A stretch of DNA of 64,000 nt from the human T2T-CHM13v2.0 reference genome, Homo sapiens: assembly GCF_009914755.1 (NCBI RefSeq), contig NC_060929.1. One strand, written 5' to 3'. The notes beneath the pieces are model-generated. The model saw only the letters and a program-made list of their open reading frames with translations. It had not been told where the DNA came from and searched no databases. A program made the translations under genes and the position numbers. Of the stretch, positions 43,856 through 58,762 are shown piece after piece. Position 1 is the first letter of the stretch. Every line of letters starts with the position of its first letter.

Positions 43856-44690
43856 TTTTTTTTACTTTAAGTTTAGGGGTACATGTGCAGGATGTGCAGG
43901 TTTGTTATATAGGTAAATGTGTGTCATGGGGGTTTGTTGTACCAATTATTTCATCACTGAGGTACTATGCTCTGTACCCAATAGCTATTTTTTCCTAATC
44001 CTTTCCCTCCTCCTATCCACCACCCTCCAATAGGCCCCAGTGTCTGTTGTTCCCCTCGTTGAATCCATGTGTTCTAATCATTAGCTTCCACTTATAAGAA
44101 CACATGGCATTTGGTTTTCTGTTCCTGCATTAGTTTGCTGAGGATACTGGCCTCCAGCTGCATCCACAACCCTGCAAAGGACATGTTCTCATTCTTTTTT
44201 ATGGCTGCATAGCATTCCATGGTGTATATGTACTACATTTTCTTTATCCAATCCGCCAGTGATGGGCATTTAGGTTGATTCCATATCTTTGCTATTGTGA
44301 ATAGTGCTGCAATGAATGTACATATGCATGTGTCTTTACGGCAGAATGATTTATCTTCCTTTGGGTATATACCCAGTAATGGTTGGATTGATGGGTCTAA
44401 TGGTAGTCCTGTTTGTTGCTCTTTGAGGAATCACCACACTGCTTCTACAATGGTTGAACTGATTTATACTCCCATCAACAGTATATAAGAGTTTGCTTTT
44501 CTCTGCAACCTTGCCAGCAACTTTTATTTTTTTTAACTTTTTAATAGTAGCCATTCTGACTGGTGTGACACGGTATTTCATTGTGGTTTTGCTTTGCATT
44601 TTTCTAATGATTAGGGATGTTGAGCTTTTCTGTTTATATGGGTTTTGGCTGCCTGTATGTCTTCTTTTGAAAAGTGTCTGTTCACTTCCA
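43856..44690 (-). mobile_element. 5'-truncated L1PA13-16-like LINE
   Basis: Reverse 3'UTR and ORF2 end ([12 protein letters not shown]); TSD aagtgatt(t/a)ttttt at 43848 and 44691. Confidence 0.9.
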
Positions 44691-45619
44691 AAGTGATTAT
44701 TTTTAAAAGCTGGAGGAATAAAAGACAACTCGCTTTCAAACAATCGAAAATAGAATTGGAGCTAAGTTCAACAAAATTAATCACAGAAGCTATAACTGCC
44801 AATCTAATATTCCAAAACCAGCAAATATTTTCCCAGAAAAATAAATGTAAAAGAAAATACTTTTTAGAAAAATAAAAGCAGGAACTTTATTATCAAAGAA
44901 ATAGTACAGGAATTTCCTTAGGCAGAAGAAAAAAATTATCCCAGGGAGAAGCTCAGAGATACAATAAATGAAGAGCAACCTAAAGAATAAACGTGTAGGA
45001 AATTGAAATAAATATTCGAAGTCAAAAACATTAGCAATAATGGACTGTGAGGCTTAAACATATATTTAATATACACTCCTAAACAACAGTGTAAGTGAGA
45101 AAGGAGGTAAAAAGACTTAAAGAATTTTAGAATTCTTACAGTCTCAGGGAAGAGAGAAAAACAAACTTATAGCAAACATTAAGTCAAGGATGAATACTAT
45201 GACAACTATTAAAAAAAGTAAAATTATATACAAATAATAAGCTAATAGAGGATGAAAGCATGTAACGAAAAATTAATCCAGGCAAAGAAAAGAGGAAAAA
45301 TGCTGAACATCATCAAATATAGAGTGAGGATGTAGAATTAAAACCACACATATCAGTATTTAGGGTAAATTTCAAGATGTTATATTTCCAAATGCTAACA
45401 CAATCATAATGTTTAAAATATTAAACTCAACTCTGTGCAGTTTCAAGAGACATCTCAAAGATATAAAGATACAGAACTTATGAAGATAGAAGGGTTAAAA
45501 AATATCATGAAGAAAACTAAACAAAAGGAAACAAAAGGAAGCTTGTATAGTTATAGTAAACAGGCATACTGTTAGACAAAAAGCCTTAATAGAAATAAAG
45601 AAGACCATGTTATACAATA

Positions 45620-47118
<1,499 letters not shown>

Positions 47119-50100
47119 GGGCAGGGCCAAGATGGCCGACTACAAACAGCAGTTGTCAGAGGCTCCTATGGAAAAGAACCATAATTAGCATGTGAATCCT
47201 TCACCAGCAACCAGGGTATCCAGGTTCTCTCATCAGAACTGACTAGGTGGCTGGCATGATGCATGGAGAGGAAGCAAGGGCAGTGTGGTACAGTGGCCCA
47301 TCTGAGAGCCACACAGGGCAGGGGAGATCCCACCCCACGGCCCCCAGCCAAGGGAGGCAGTGAGGTAGTGTGCTAACCAGCCAGGGAAACCATGCTTTTT
47401 CCACAGAACTTTACAACCCACTCACAAACCCATGTCAGCAGGTCCTAGGATCCCAAACTTGGAGCCCTGCAGATCCTCAAAAGCCTCTTAGCTGGAACCT
47501 GCCTAAGCCTCCTGAGCTCCTGAGAGGAGAGGAGACCAGCACCACAGTTGCAGCTGCCTGCTAAGCCCTTTGAGCTCCTGGGGGAGGGGCAGCAGCCAGC
47601 ACTGGGGCTCATAAATGCCTAACATGCTAAGCTCCCTGGAATGGGGAAGGGTAGCATTCATCTCTATAGCTCCAGGCCATGCATTTCCCCTGCTGGAGCC
47701 AGGGAAGCTGGATGGCTTGGTCCCAAGAGGTGTCCCCCACAGTCCAAAACACTGGCTGTGGCAGACTGCGGCCAGACTGCCTCTACAGGCCTGACCCTGA
47801 CCCATCCTTCTTCACTGGGTGGGGCTTCCCAGCAGGAACTCCAACTCCAGCCAGAGGCTTATGGACAGAACCTTGATCTCCAAGGGCCTGAGCCCTAGAG
47901 GGAGGGGTGGCCACACACTCTGGACCAGCAGACTTAGACTTTCCTCCTGGCAGCTCCAGACAAGTAGGTTTCACACCAGTGAAGCACACCCCCTCCACCA
48001 AGAGACAGTCAAGTGCTTCATTAAATGGGTCCTGTTCCCCATGCCACCCAGCTGGGTGAGACCGACTGACAAGGGTTGTCAGACAGCCTATAGAGGAATG
48101 ATCCTACTGGCATCAGGTTGGTGTTACTTGAGGTCAGAGATCCCAGAAGGAGGAGGCACCCATCTTTGCTGTTCTCCAGCTTCCTTGAGTGACATCTCCA
48201 GGCACAGTAGCGAACCAGATGAACAGGGCCTGAAGTGAACCCCCAGCAAACCATAGCAGTCCTACAGAACAGAGACCTGACCCTTGAAAGAAAAACAAAG
48301 CATAAGAGCATCAACAAAAAAAAGTCCCCACAAAAAGCCCATCCAAAGCAGCAGCCTCAAAGATCAAAACTAGACAAACTCATGAAGCTGAGAAAGAATC
48401 AATGATTAAATGCTGAAAACCCAAAAGGCCAGACTGCCTCTTCTCCTCCAAATGATTGCAGTGCCTCTCTAGCAAGGATGCAGAACTGGAAGGAGCATGA
48501 GATGGATGAATTGATAGAAGTAAGTTTCAGAAGATGGGTAATAAAAAACTCTGCTGAGGTAAAGGAGCATGTTGTAACCCAATGCAAAGAACTTAAGAAA
48601 CTTGATAAAAAGTTAGAGGAGCTGCTAACTATAATAATCAGTTTAGAGAGGAACATAAATAATCTGATAGAGCTGAAAAACACAGCATGAGAACTTCGTG
48701 AAGCATACACAAGTATCAGTAGCTGAATTGATTAAGCAGAAGAAAGGATATCAGAGATTGAAGATCAACTTAATGAAATAAGACATGCAGACAAGAATAG
48801 AGAAAAAAGAATAAAAAGGAACGAACAAAGCTTCCATTAAATATGGGACTTCACAAAAAGAACAAACCTATGATTGATTAGAGTACGTGGAGGAGATGGG
48901 GATAATGGAAAGAAGGTAGAAAACACACTTCAGGATATTATCCAGGAGAACTTCCCCAACCTAGCAAGACAGGCCAACATGCAAATTCAGAAAATACAGA
49001 GAATACCACTAAGATACTCCAGGAGAAGATCAACCCATAATCATCACATAATCAACACATAATCATCAGATTCTCCAAGGTCAAAATGAAGGAAAAACTG
49101 TTAAGGGCAGCCAGAAAGAAAGGCCAGGTAACCTACAAAGGGAAGCCCATCAGGCTAACAGCAGACCTCTCAGCAGAAACTCTACAAGCCAGAAGAGATT
49201 GGGGGCCAGTATTCAACATTCTTAAAGAAAATCATTTTCAACCCAGAATTTCATATCCAGCCAAACTACGTTTCATTCACAAGCAAAGGAGAAACAAAAT
49301 CCTTTCCAGACAAACAAATGTTGAGGGATTTTGTTACCACCAGGCCTGCCTTGCAAGAGCTCCTGAATGAAGCACTAAATATGGAAAGGAAAAACCGGTA
49401 CCAACCACTGCAAAAACACACCCAAATACAAAGACCAATGACCCTCTGAAGAAACCACATCAACTAGTGTGCAAAATAACCAGACAGCATCATGATGACA
49501 GGATCAAATTCAAACATAACAATACTAACCTTATTGTTAGTTAAATTAAAAGACACAGATTGGCAAATTGGATAAAGAGTCAAGACCCGTCAGTGTGCTG
49601 TATTCAGGAGACCCACCTCATGTGCAAAGACACACATGGGCTCAAAATAAAGAGATGGAGGAAAATTTGCCAACAAAATGGAAACCAAAAGAAAGCAGGG
49701 GTTGCAATACTAGTCTCTGACAAAACAGACTTTAAACAACAAAGATCAAAAAAGACAAAGAAAGGCATTACATAATGGTAAAGGGAACAATTCAACAAGA
49801 AGAGCTAACTATTCTGAATATATATGCATACAATACAGGAGCACCCAGATTCATAAAACCAGTTCTTGGAAACATACAAAGAGACTTAGACTCCCACACA
49901 ATAATAGTGGGAGACTTTAACACCCCACTGTCAATACTAGACAGTTCAGAGAAAAAGAAAATTAAGAAGGTTATTCAGGAATTGAACTCAGCTCTTGATC
50001 AAGTAGACCTAATAGATATCTACAGAACTCTCCACCCCAAGCCAACAGACTATACATTCTTCTCAGTGTCACATGGCACTTATTTTAAAATTGACTACAT

Positions 50101-53100
50101 AATGGGAAATAAAACACTCCTCAGCAAATGCAAAAGAGCTGAAATCCTAACAAACAGTCTCTCACACCACAATGCAATCAAATTAGAACTCAGGATTAAG
50201 AAATTCACTCAAAACCACACAATTACACGGAAATTGAACAACCTGCACCTCAATGACTCCTGGGTAAATAATGAATTTAATGTAGAATCAAGAATTTCTT
50301 TGAAACCCATGAGAACAAAGAGACAATGTACCGGAATCTCTGGGACACCACTAAAGCAGTGTTAAGTGGGAAATTTACACCACTAAATGCCCACATTAGA
50401 AAGCTAAAAGATTACAAATCTACACCATAACATCACCTATTAAAAGAGCTAGAGAGGAAAGAGCAAACTAATCCAAAAACACCAGAAATAACTAAGATCA
50501 AAGCTGAACAGTAGAAGATAGAGACATGAAAAACCCTTCAAAAAAATCAACGAATCCAGGAGCTTTTAAAAAAAAATTAATAAAATGGATGGCTAGCTAG
50601 ACTAATAAAGAAGAATCAAATAGACACAATAAATAAAAGATGATAAGGGGATATCACCACTGACCCCACAAAAATACAAACTACCATCAGAGAATACTCT
50701 AAACACCTCTACACAAATAAACTAGAAAATCTAGAAATGGATAAATTCCTGGACACATACACCCTCCCAAGACTAAACCAGCAAGAAGTTGAATACCTGA
50801 ATAGAGAGTAACAAGTTCTGAAATTGAGGCAGTAATTAATAGCCTACCAATAAAAAAAACACAGATCCAGATGGATTCACAGCCTAATTTTACCAGAAAT
50901 ACAAAGAGTAGCTGGTATCATTTTTTCTAAAACTATTCCAAACAACTGAAAAAGAGGGACTCATTTTAAGAAGCCAGCATCATCCTGATACCAAAACTGG
51001 GCAAAGATAACAAAAAAAGAAAACTCCAGGCCAATATCCCTGATGAACATTGATGCCAAAATCCTCAATAAAGTACTGGCAGACTGAATCCAGCAGCACA
51101 AAAATCTTCTCCACCACAATCAAGTCAGCTTCATCCCTGGGATGCAAAGCTGGTTCAACATATGCAAATCAATAAATGTTATCCATCACATAAACAGAAC
51201 CAAAGACAAGAACCACATGATTATCTCAATAGATGCAGAAAAAGCCTTTGATGAAATTCAATATCGCTTCATGTTAAAAACTCTCAATAAACTAGGTACT
51301 GATGGAACATATTTCACAATAATAAGAGCTATTTATGAAAAATCCACAGCCAATATCATATTGAATGGGTAAAAGCTAGAAGTGTTCCCTTTGAAAACCA
51401 GCACAAGACAAGGATGCCCTCTTGCACCACTCTTATTCAACATATTATTGGAAGTTTTGCCCAGGGCAATCAGGCAAGAGAAAGAAATAAAGCGTATTCA
51501 AGTAGGAAGAGAGGAATGTGAATTGTCTCTGTTTGTAGATGACATGATTTTATATTTAGAAAATCCCATCATCTCAGCCTAAAGCTCCTTACACTTATAA
51601 GCAACTTCAGCAAAGTCTCAGGATACAAAATTAATGTGCAAAAATCACAAGCCTTGCTTTACACCAACAATAGACATGCAGACGGCCAAATCATGAATGA
51701 ACTCCCATTCACAATCACTACAAAGAGAATAAAATGTCTAGGAATACAGCTAACAAGAGATATGAAGGACCTCTTCAAGGAGAACTACAAACCACTGCTC
51801 AAGGAAATCAGAGAGGACACAAACGAATGGAAAAACACTCCATCCTCATGGATAGGAAAAATCAATATTGTGAAAATGGCCATCCTGCCCAAAGTAATTT
51901 ACAGATTCAATACTATTCCCATCACACTACCATTGACTTTCTTCAAATAATTAGAAAAAGCACTTTAAATTTCATTTAGAATCAAAGAAGACCCCATATA
52001 GCCAAGACAATCCTAAGCAAAAAGAACGAAGCTGGAGGTATCACACTACCTGACTTCAAACTATATTACAAGGCACCAGTAAACAAAACAGCATGATTCT
52101 GGTACCAAAATAGACATATAGACCAATGGAACAGAAAAGAGACCTCAGAAATAACACCATACATCTACAACCATCTGATCTTCAACAAGCCTGACAAAAG
52201 CAATGTGGAAAGAATCTCCTCTTCATAAATGATGCTGGGAAAACTGGCTAGCCATATGCAGAAAACTGAAACTGGATTTCTTCCTTATACCTTATACAAA
52301 AATTAACTCAAGATGGAATAAAGACTTAAACGTAAAACCCAAAACTATAAAAACCCTAGAAGAAAACCCAGGCAATGCCATTCAGGACATAGGCATGGGC
52401 AAAGACTTCATGACGAAAATGCCTAAAGCAATTGCGACAAATGCCAAAAGTGACAAATGAGATCTAGTTAAACTAAAGAGCTTCTGCACAGCAAAAGAAA
52501 CTACCATCAGAGTAAACAGGAAGCATACAGAATGGGAGAAAATTTTTGCAATCTACCCATCTGACAAAGGGCTAATGTCCAGAATCTACAAACAACTTAA
52601 ACAAATTTACAAGAAATAAATAAACAACCCCATCAAAAAATGAGCAGAAGATATGAAGAGACACTTCTCAAAAGAAGACATTTACATGGCTAATAAACAT
52701 ATGAAAAAGAGCTCAATATCATTGATCATTAGAGAAATGCAAATAAAAACCATAATGAGATACCATCTCATTACAGTCAGAATGGCTATTATTAAAAAGT
52801 CAGTAAATAACAGATACTGGTGTGGCTGTGGAGAAATAGGAATGCTTTTACACTGTTGATGGGAACGTAAATTAGTTCAACCACTGTGGAAGACAGTATG
52901 GGATTCCTCAAGGATCTAGAAACAGAAATACCATTTGACCTAGCAATCTCATTACTGGGTATATACCCAAAGGAATATAAATCATTCTACTATAAAGACA
53001 CATGCACATGTTTGTTGACTGCAACACTATTAACAATAGGAAAGTCATGGAGCCAACCCAAATGCCCGTCAATGATAGACTGGAGAAAGAAAATGTGGTA

Positions 53101-53440
53101 CAGATACATCACGAAATACTACAAAGCCATAAAAAGGAGTGAGATCATGTCCTTTGCAGGGACATGGATGAAGCTGGAAGCCATCATCCTCAGCAAACTA
53201 ACACAGGAACAGAAAACCAACCACCACATGTTATCACTCATAAGTGGGAGTTGAACAATGAGAACACATGGACACAGGAAAGTGAACAACACACAAGGGC
53301 CTGTTGGGGGTTGGGGAGCAAGGGGAGGGAACTTAGAGGATGGGTCAATAGGTGCAGCAAACCACTATGGCACACATATACCTATGTAACAAACCTGCAT
53401 GTTCTGCACAGGTATCCCAGAACTTAAAGTCAAAAAAAAA
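47119..53440 (+). mobile_element. Full-length L1PA8-like LINE-1, inactive
   Basis: 5' ggggcagggccaagatggccgac; ORF1 fragments at 48.4-49.4 kb; ORF2 fragments 49495-53254 (RT motif changed to FVDD); 3'UTR gggaacttagaggatgggtcaataggtgcagc; poly(A). Confidence 0.92.
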
Positions 53441-53546
53441 ATTGAAGAGGAGGAAGTCCTCCCTAATGCATTCTGTGTGGCCAGCATCATCCTGATACCA
53501 AAACCTGGCAAGCACACACACACACACACATACACACGTGCATGTG

Positions 53547-53597
<51 letters not shown>

Positions 53598-54952
53598 CTT
53601 CAGGTCAATATCCTCAATGAACATCAATGCAAAAATCATCAAGGAAATACTGGCAAACCAAACCTAACAGCATATCAAAAACTTGTCTACCATGATCAAA
53701 TAGCCTTTATCCCTGGGATTTAAGGTTGGTTCAACATGCACAAATCAATAAATGTGATTTATCGCATAAACAGAACTAAAGACAATAAGCACATAATTAT
53801 CTTAATAGTTGCAGAAAAGACTTTACATTAAATTGAACACTTCTTCATGTTAAAAACTCTTTAAAACTCATGACGAACTAGATATTGAAGGAACATGCCT
53901 CAAAATAATAAGAGCCATACATGGAAAACCCACAGCTGATATCATACTGAATGGGCAAAACCTGGAAGCATTCCCCTTGGAAACTGGCACAAGACAAGAA
54001 TGCCCTCTCTCACCACTACTATTAACATAGTATTAGAACCTAGAGAGAGCCATAAGGCAAGAGAAAAAAAATAATGGGCATCCAAACAGGAAGAGAGGAG
54101 GTCAAACTATTCCTCTTTGTAGTTGACATGATCCTATATCTAGAAAATCCCATAGTCTTGGCTCAAAAGATCCTTAACCTAATACGCAACTTCTCCAAAG
54201 TCTCAGGATATAAAATCAATGTAAAAATCACTAGCACTCCTATACCCCAAAAAACAGTAAAGCCAAGAGCCAAATCAGAAATGCAATCCCATTTGCAATT
54301 GCCAGCAACAAAACAAAAAGAACAGCGGCAACAACAACAACAAGAAACACAAAAACCTTAGGAACACGTCTAAGTATGGAGATGAAAGATCTCCACAAGG
54401 AAAGCTACAAAACACTGCTAAAAGAAATCAGAGATGGTCCAAACAAATGGAAAAACATTCCATGCTCATGGATAGAAAGAATCAATATTGTGAAAATGGC
54501 TATACTGCCCAAAACTATTTATAGATTTAATGATATGCCTTTTAAACTATGAATGACATTTTTAAAGGACTAGGCAAAACTATTTTAAAATTCATATGGA
54601 ACCAAAAAAGAGCCCAAGGTAACGAAGGCAATCCTAAGCAACAAGAACAAAGCTGGAGGCATCATGCTAACCAACTTAAAACTATACTACAGGGCTATAG
54701 TAACCAAAACAGCATGACACTGGTACAAGAACAGAGACATAGACTAATGGAACACAATAGAAAAACCAGACATAAGATCACACACCTAAAACTATCAGAT
54801 ATCTGACAAAGGAGACAAAAAATAAGCAATGGGGAAAGGATACACTATTTAATAAATGGTGCTTGGAAAACTGGCTAGCCATATGCAGAAAAATGAAACT
54901 GGCCTCCTTCTTTAGACCTTATAAAAATTTACTCAAGATGGATTAAAGACTT
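53441..54952 (+). mobile_element. Continuation of the host L1 ORF2 (RT region)
   Basis: Resumes exactly where 47118 stops (gaggagg..tcctccctaa..cattct..ggccagcatcatcctgatacc). Confidence 0.85.
53513..53596. repeat. Interrupted (CA)n microsatellite inside L1 ORF2
   Basis: 84-bp alternating purine-pyrimidine tract, read directly. Confidence 0.95.
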
Positions 54953-56949
54953 CACAGAACTTGGAAAAACTCTTTTAAAATTCTGATGGAACCAAAAAAG
55001 ATCCCAAGTAGCCAAGGCAATCCTAAGCAGAAAGAACGAAGCTAGAGGCAGCATGCTACTCAACAACAAACTATACTACAGAGCTATGGTAATCAAAACA
55101 GCATGGTACGGGTACCAGAACAGACACATAGACCAATGTAATGGAACTGATAACCCAGGAAAAGACCACACATTGACAACTACCCAATTTTTGACGAACC
55201 TTACAAAAACAAGCATTGAATGGGATTCCCCACTCAATAAATGGTGCTGGGATAACTGGCTAGCCATATACAGAAGACTGAAACACTAGACTGCCAAGAC
55301 CTGCTTGGTCTGGGAGACCCTAACCCAGCGCTGCTAGAGGAATTAAAGACACACACCCAGAAATATAGAAGTGTGAAGTGGGAAATCAGGGGTCTCACAG
55401 CCTTCAGAGCTGAGAGCCCCGAACAGAGATTTACCCACATATTTATTAACAGCAAGCCAGTCATTAGCATTGTTTCTATAGATATTAAATTAACTAAAAG
55501 TATCCCTTATGGGAAATGAAGGGATGGGCTGAATTAAAGGAATAGGTTGGGCTAGTTAACTGCAGCAGGAGCATGTCCTTAAGGCACAGATCGCTCATGC
55601 TATTGTTTGTGGCTTAAGAACACCTTTAAGCTGTTTTCCACCCTGGGCAGGCCAGGTGTTCCTTGCCCTCATTCTGGTAAACCCACAACCTTCCAGAGTG
55701 GGTGTTATGGCCATCATGAACATGTCACAGTGCTGCAGAGATTTTGTTTATGGCCAGTTTTAGGGCCAGTTTATGACCATATTTTGGGGGACCTGTTCCC
55801 AACACTAGACCTCTTCCTCACACAATATACAAAAATTAAGTCAAGATAAAGACTAAAATGCAAACCCCAAAACTATAAAAACCCTGGAAAACAACCTAGG
55901 CAATACCATTAGGGACATAGGCATGAGCAAATATTTCATGATGAAGATGCCAAGAGCAATTGTAACAATCAAAAATTGACAAATGGGATCTAATTAAAGA
56001 GCTTCTGTACAGCAAAAGAAACTATTATCAGAGTGAACAGAGAACCTACAGAACGGGAGAAAAATTTTGCAAATTATGCATCTGACAAAGGTCTAATATC
56101 CAGCATCTATAAGTAGCTTAAACAAATGCACAAGAAAAAACAACCCCATTAAAAATTAGGCAAAAGACATAAACAGCCACTTTTCAAAAAATGACATACA
56201 TGCAGGTAACAATCACAGAAAAGAAAGCTCAGCATCACTGATCATTAGTGAAATGCAAATCAAAACCACAATGAGATACCAACAGTCAGAATGGCTACTA
56301 TTAAGTCTAAAAGTAACAGATCCTGGTGAGGCTGTAGAAAAAGAGAAATGCTTACACACTGTTGGTGGGAGTGTAAATTAATTCAGCCATTATGTAAGAT
56401 AGTGTGGTGATTACTCAAAGACCTGAAAAAAGAAATACCATTCGACCCACAATCTTATTACTGGGTATACACCCAAAGGAATATAAATTTTTCTGTCATA
56501 AAGACACATGCACATGTATGTTCATTGCAGCACTATTCACAATAGCAATGACATGGAATCAACCTAAATGCCCATCAATGATAGACTGGATAAATAAAAT
56601 GTGGTACATATACATCACAGAATACTATGCAGCTATAAAAAAGAAAGAGATCATGTCCATTGCAGGAACATGGATGGAGCTGGAGTCCATTATCCTTAGC
56701 AAACCAACACAAGAACAGAAAATCAAATACTGCATATTCTCACTTACAAATGGAAGCTAAATGATGAGAACACATGAACACATAGAGGTGAGCAACACAT
56801 GCTGGGGCCAATTTAAGGGTTGGTGGTGGGTGGGAAGAGGGAGATGATCAGGAAAAATAGCAAATGGGTACTAGGATTAATACCTAGGTGACAAAATAAT
56901 CTGTACAACAAACCCCCATGATTAAAGTTTAACTATATAACAAACCTGC
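54953..56949 (+). mobile_element. L1PA13-16-like 3' portion, interrupted by MER9 and cut by a MaLR
   Basis: ORF 56404-56760 (TWNQPKCPSMIDW); the 3'UTR stops at aacaaacctgc with no poly(A). Confidence 0.88.
55292..55804 (-). mobile_element. MER9 solo LTR (HERV-K HML-3)
   Basis: Minus strand tgttgggaacagg...tcttggca; 513 bp; perfect 6-bp TSD CTAGAC (55286-55291, 55805-55810). Confidence 0.92.
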
Positions 56950-57328
56950 TGTATTAGTCTGTTATCACACACTTATAGAGATGCTACACAAGACTTGATA
57001 ATTTACAAAGGAAAAATGTTGACTCCCAGTTACACATACCTGGGGAGGCCTCAGGAAACTTACAACCATGGCAGAAGGGAAAGCAGGCACCTTCTTCATA
57101 AGGCAGCAAGAGAGAGAAGTGCCAGCAGGAGAAATGCCAGATACTTATAAAACGATCAGATCTTGTGAGAACTCACTCACTATCACGAGAACAGTAGGGG
57201 GGAAACTGCCCCCATGATCCGATCACCTCTCTCCACCAACACGTGGGGGATTACAGGTCCCTCCCTTACACATGGGGATTAAAATTCAAGATGAGATTTG
57301 TCTGGGGACACAGAGCCAAACCATATCA
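56950..57328 (-). mobile_element. MaLR LTR (THE1D/MSTA-like), 3' LTR
   Basis: tgtattagtc...ggggacacagagccaaaccatatca; adjacent to the reverse polypurine tract ttctgcccctggcccctccc. Confidence 0.9.
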
Positions 57329-58762
57329 TTCTGCCCCTGGCCCCTCCCAAATCTCATGTATTTTATACATTTCAAAATGAATTATGCCTTCTCAACATAC
57401 ACCAAAGTCTTAACTCATTCCAACAATAACTGAAAAGTCCAAGGCAAAGTCTCATCCAAGACAAGGCAAGTTTTCAAAACCAATCATTCCTTCCCAACAA
57501 TTCCTCAAGTCTTAACTCATTCCAGCATTAACCCAAAAGTCCAAGTCCAAAGTCTCATCTGAGACAAGGCAGCCCCTTCCATCTATGACCCTGTAAAATA
57601 AAAAACAAGTTAGTTACTTCCAAGATACAATGGGAGTACAGCCATGGGATAAATGTTCCCATTCCAAAGGGAGAAAGTGGCCAAAAAAGGGGGACAGGCC
57701 CCATGCAAGTCTGAAATCCAGTGGAACAGTCATTAAATATTAAAGCTCTAAAATGCCCTCCTTTGCCTCTCACATCCAGGACATGCTGATGTAAAGGGGT
57801 GGGCTCCCATGACCTTGGGCATCTCCTTCAAGGGCTGGCATTGAGTGCTTGCAGCTTTTCTAGGTGCACAGCGCAAGCTGTTCATGGATCTACCATTCTG
57901 GGGGCTGGAGGATGGTGGCCCTCTTCTCACAACTCCACTAGGCAGTACCCCAGGGGGCTTCTATGTTGGGGTTCCAACCCCACATTTCCCTTCTGCACTT
58001 CCCTACCAGAGGTGCTCCATGAGGGCTCCATTCCTGCAGCAAACTTTTGCCTGGACATCCAACTGTTTCCATACATCCTCTGAAATCTAGGTGGAGGTTC
58101 CCAAACCTCAATTTTTCATTTCTGTGCAACCACAGGCTCAACACCACATGGAAACCACCAAAGCTTGGGGCTTGCACCCTCTGAAGCAATGGCTGAGCTG
58201 TACCTTGGCCCATTTTAGCCATGGCTGGAGCTGAAGCAGCTGGGACACAGGGCACCACGTTCTGAGGCTACACAGAGCAGGGAGCGGGGCCCTAAGCCCA
58301 GGCCATGAAACCATTTTTCCTTCCTAGGCCTCCAGACCTCTGATAGGAGGGTTTACCACCAAGATCTCTGACGTGCCCTAGAGACATTTTCCCCCTTTGA
58401 CTTGGCTACTAACATTCAGGTCATCATTACTTTTGCAAATTTCTGCAGCAGGCTTCAATTTCTCCCCAGAAAATCAGTTTTTCATTTCTATCACATCGTC
58501 ATGCTGCAAATTTTCCACAATATTTTGCTCTACTTCTCTTTTGAACATAAGTTTCAATTTCAGATCATCTCTCTCAAGTTCAAAGTTCCACAGATCTCTA
58601 GGGCAAAGGAAAATCCTTCCAGTCTCTTTGCTAAAGCATAGCAAGAGTGACCTTTACTCCAGCTCCCAAGAAGTTCCTCATCTCCATTTGAGACCTCCTC
58701 AGCCTAGACTTCATTGTTTATACCACTATCAGAATTTTGGTCAAAACCATTCAACGAGTCTT
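57329..58762 (-). mobile_element. THE1/MST internal sequence, 5'-truncated
   Basis: Typical MaLR-int (MRRGPPSSSPQNGRS ORF fragment); ends abruptly at aaaaccattcaacgagtct with no second LTR. Confidence 0.88.

Noticed and set aside
47119-48400. GC-rich region with many overlapping ORFs as a host promoter or first exon
   Set aside because: It is the L1PA8 5'UTR, with CpGs largely decayed.
53345-53723. Cys-Val and His-Thr repeat proteins
   Set aside because: Translation of the (CA)n microsatellite.
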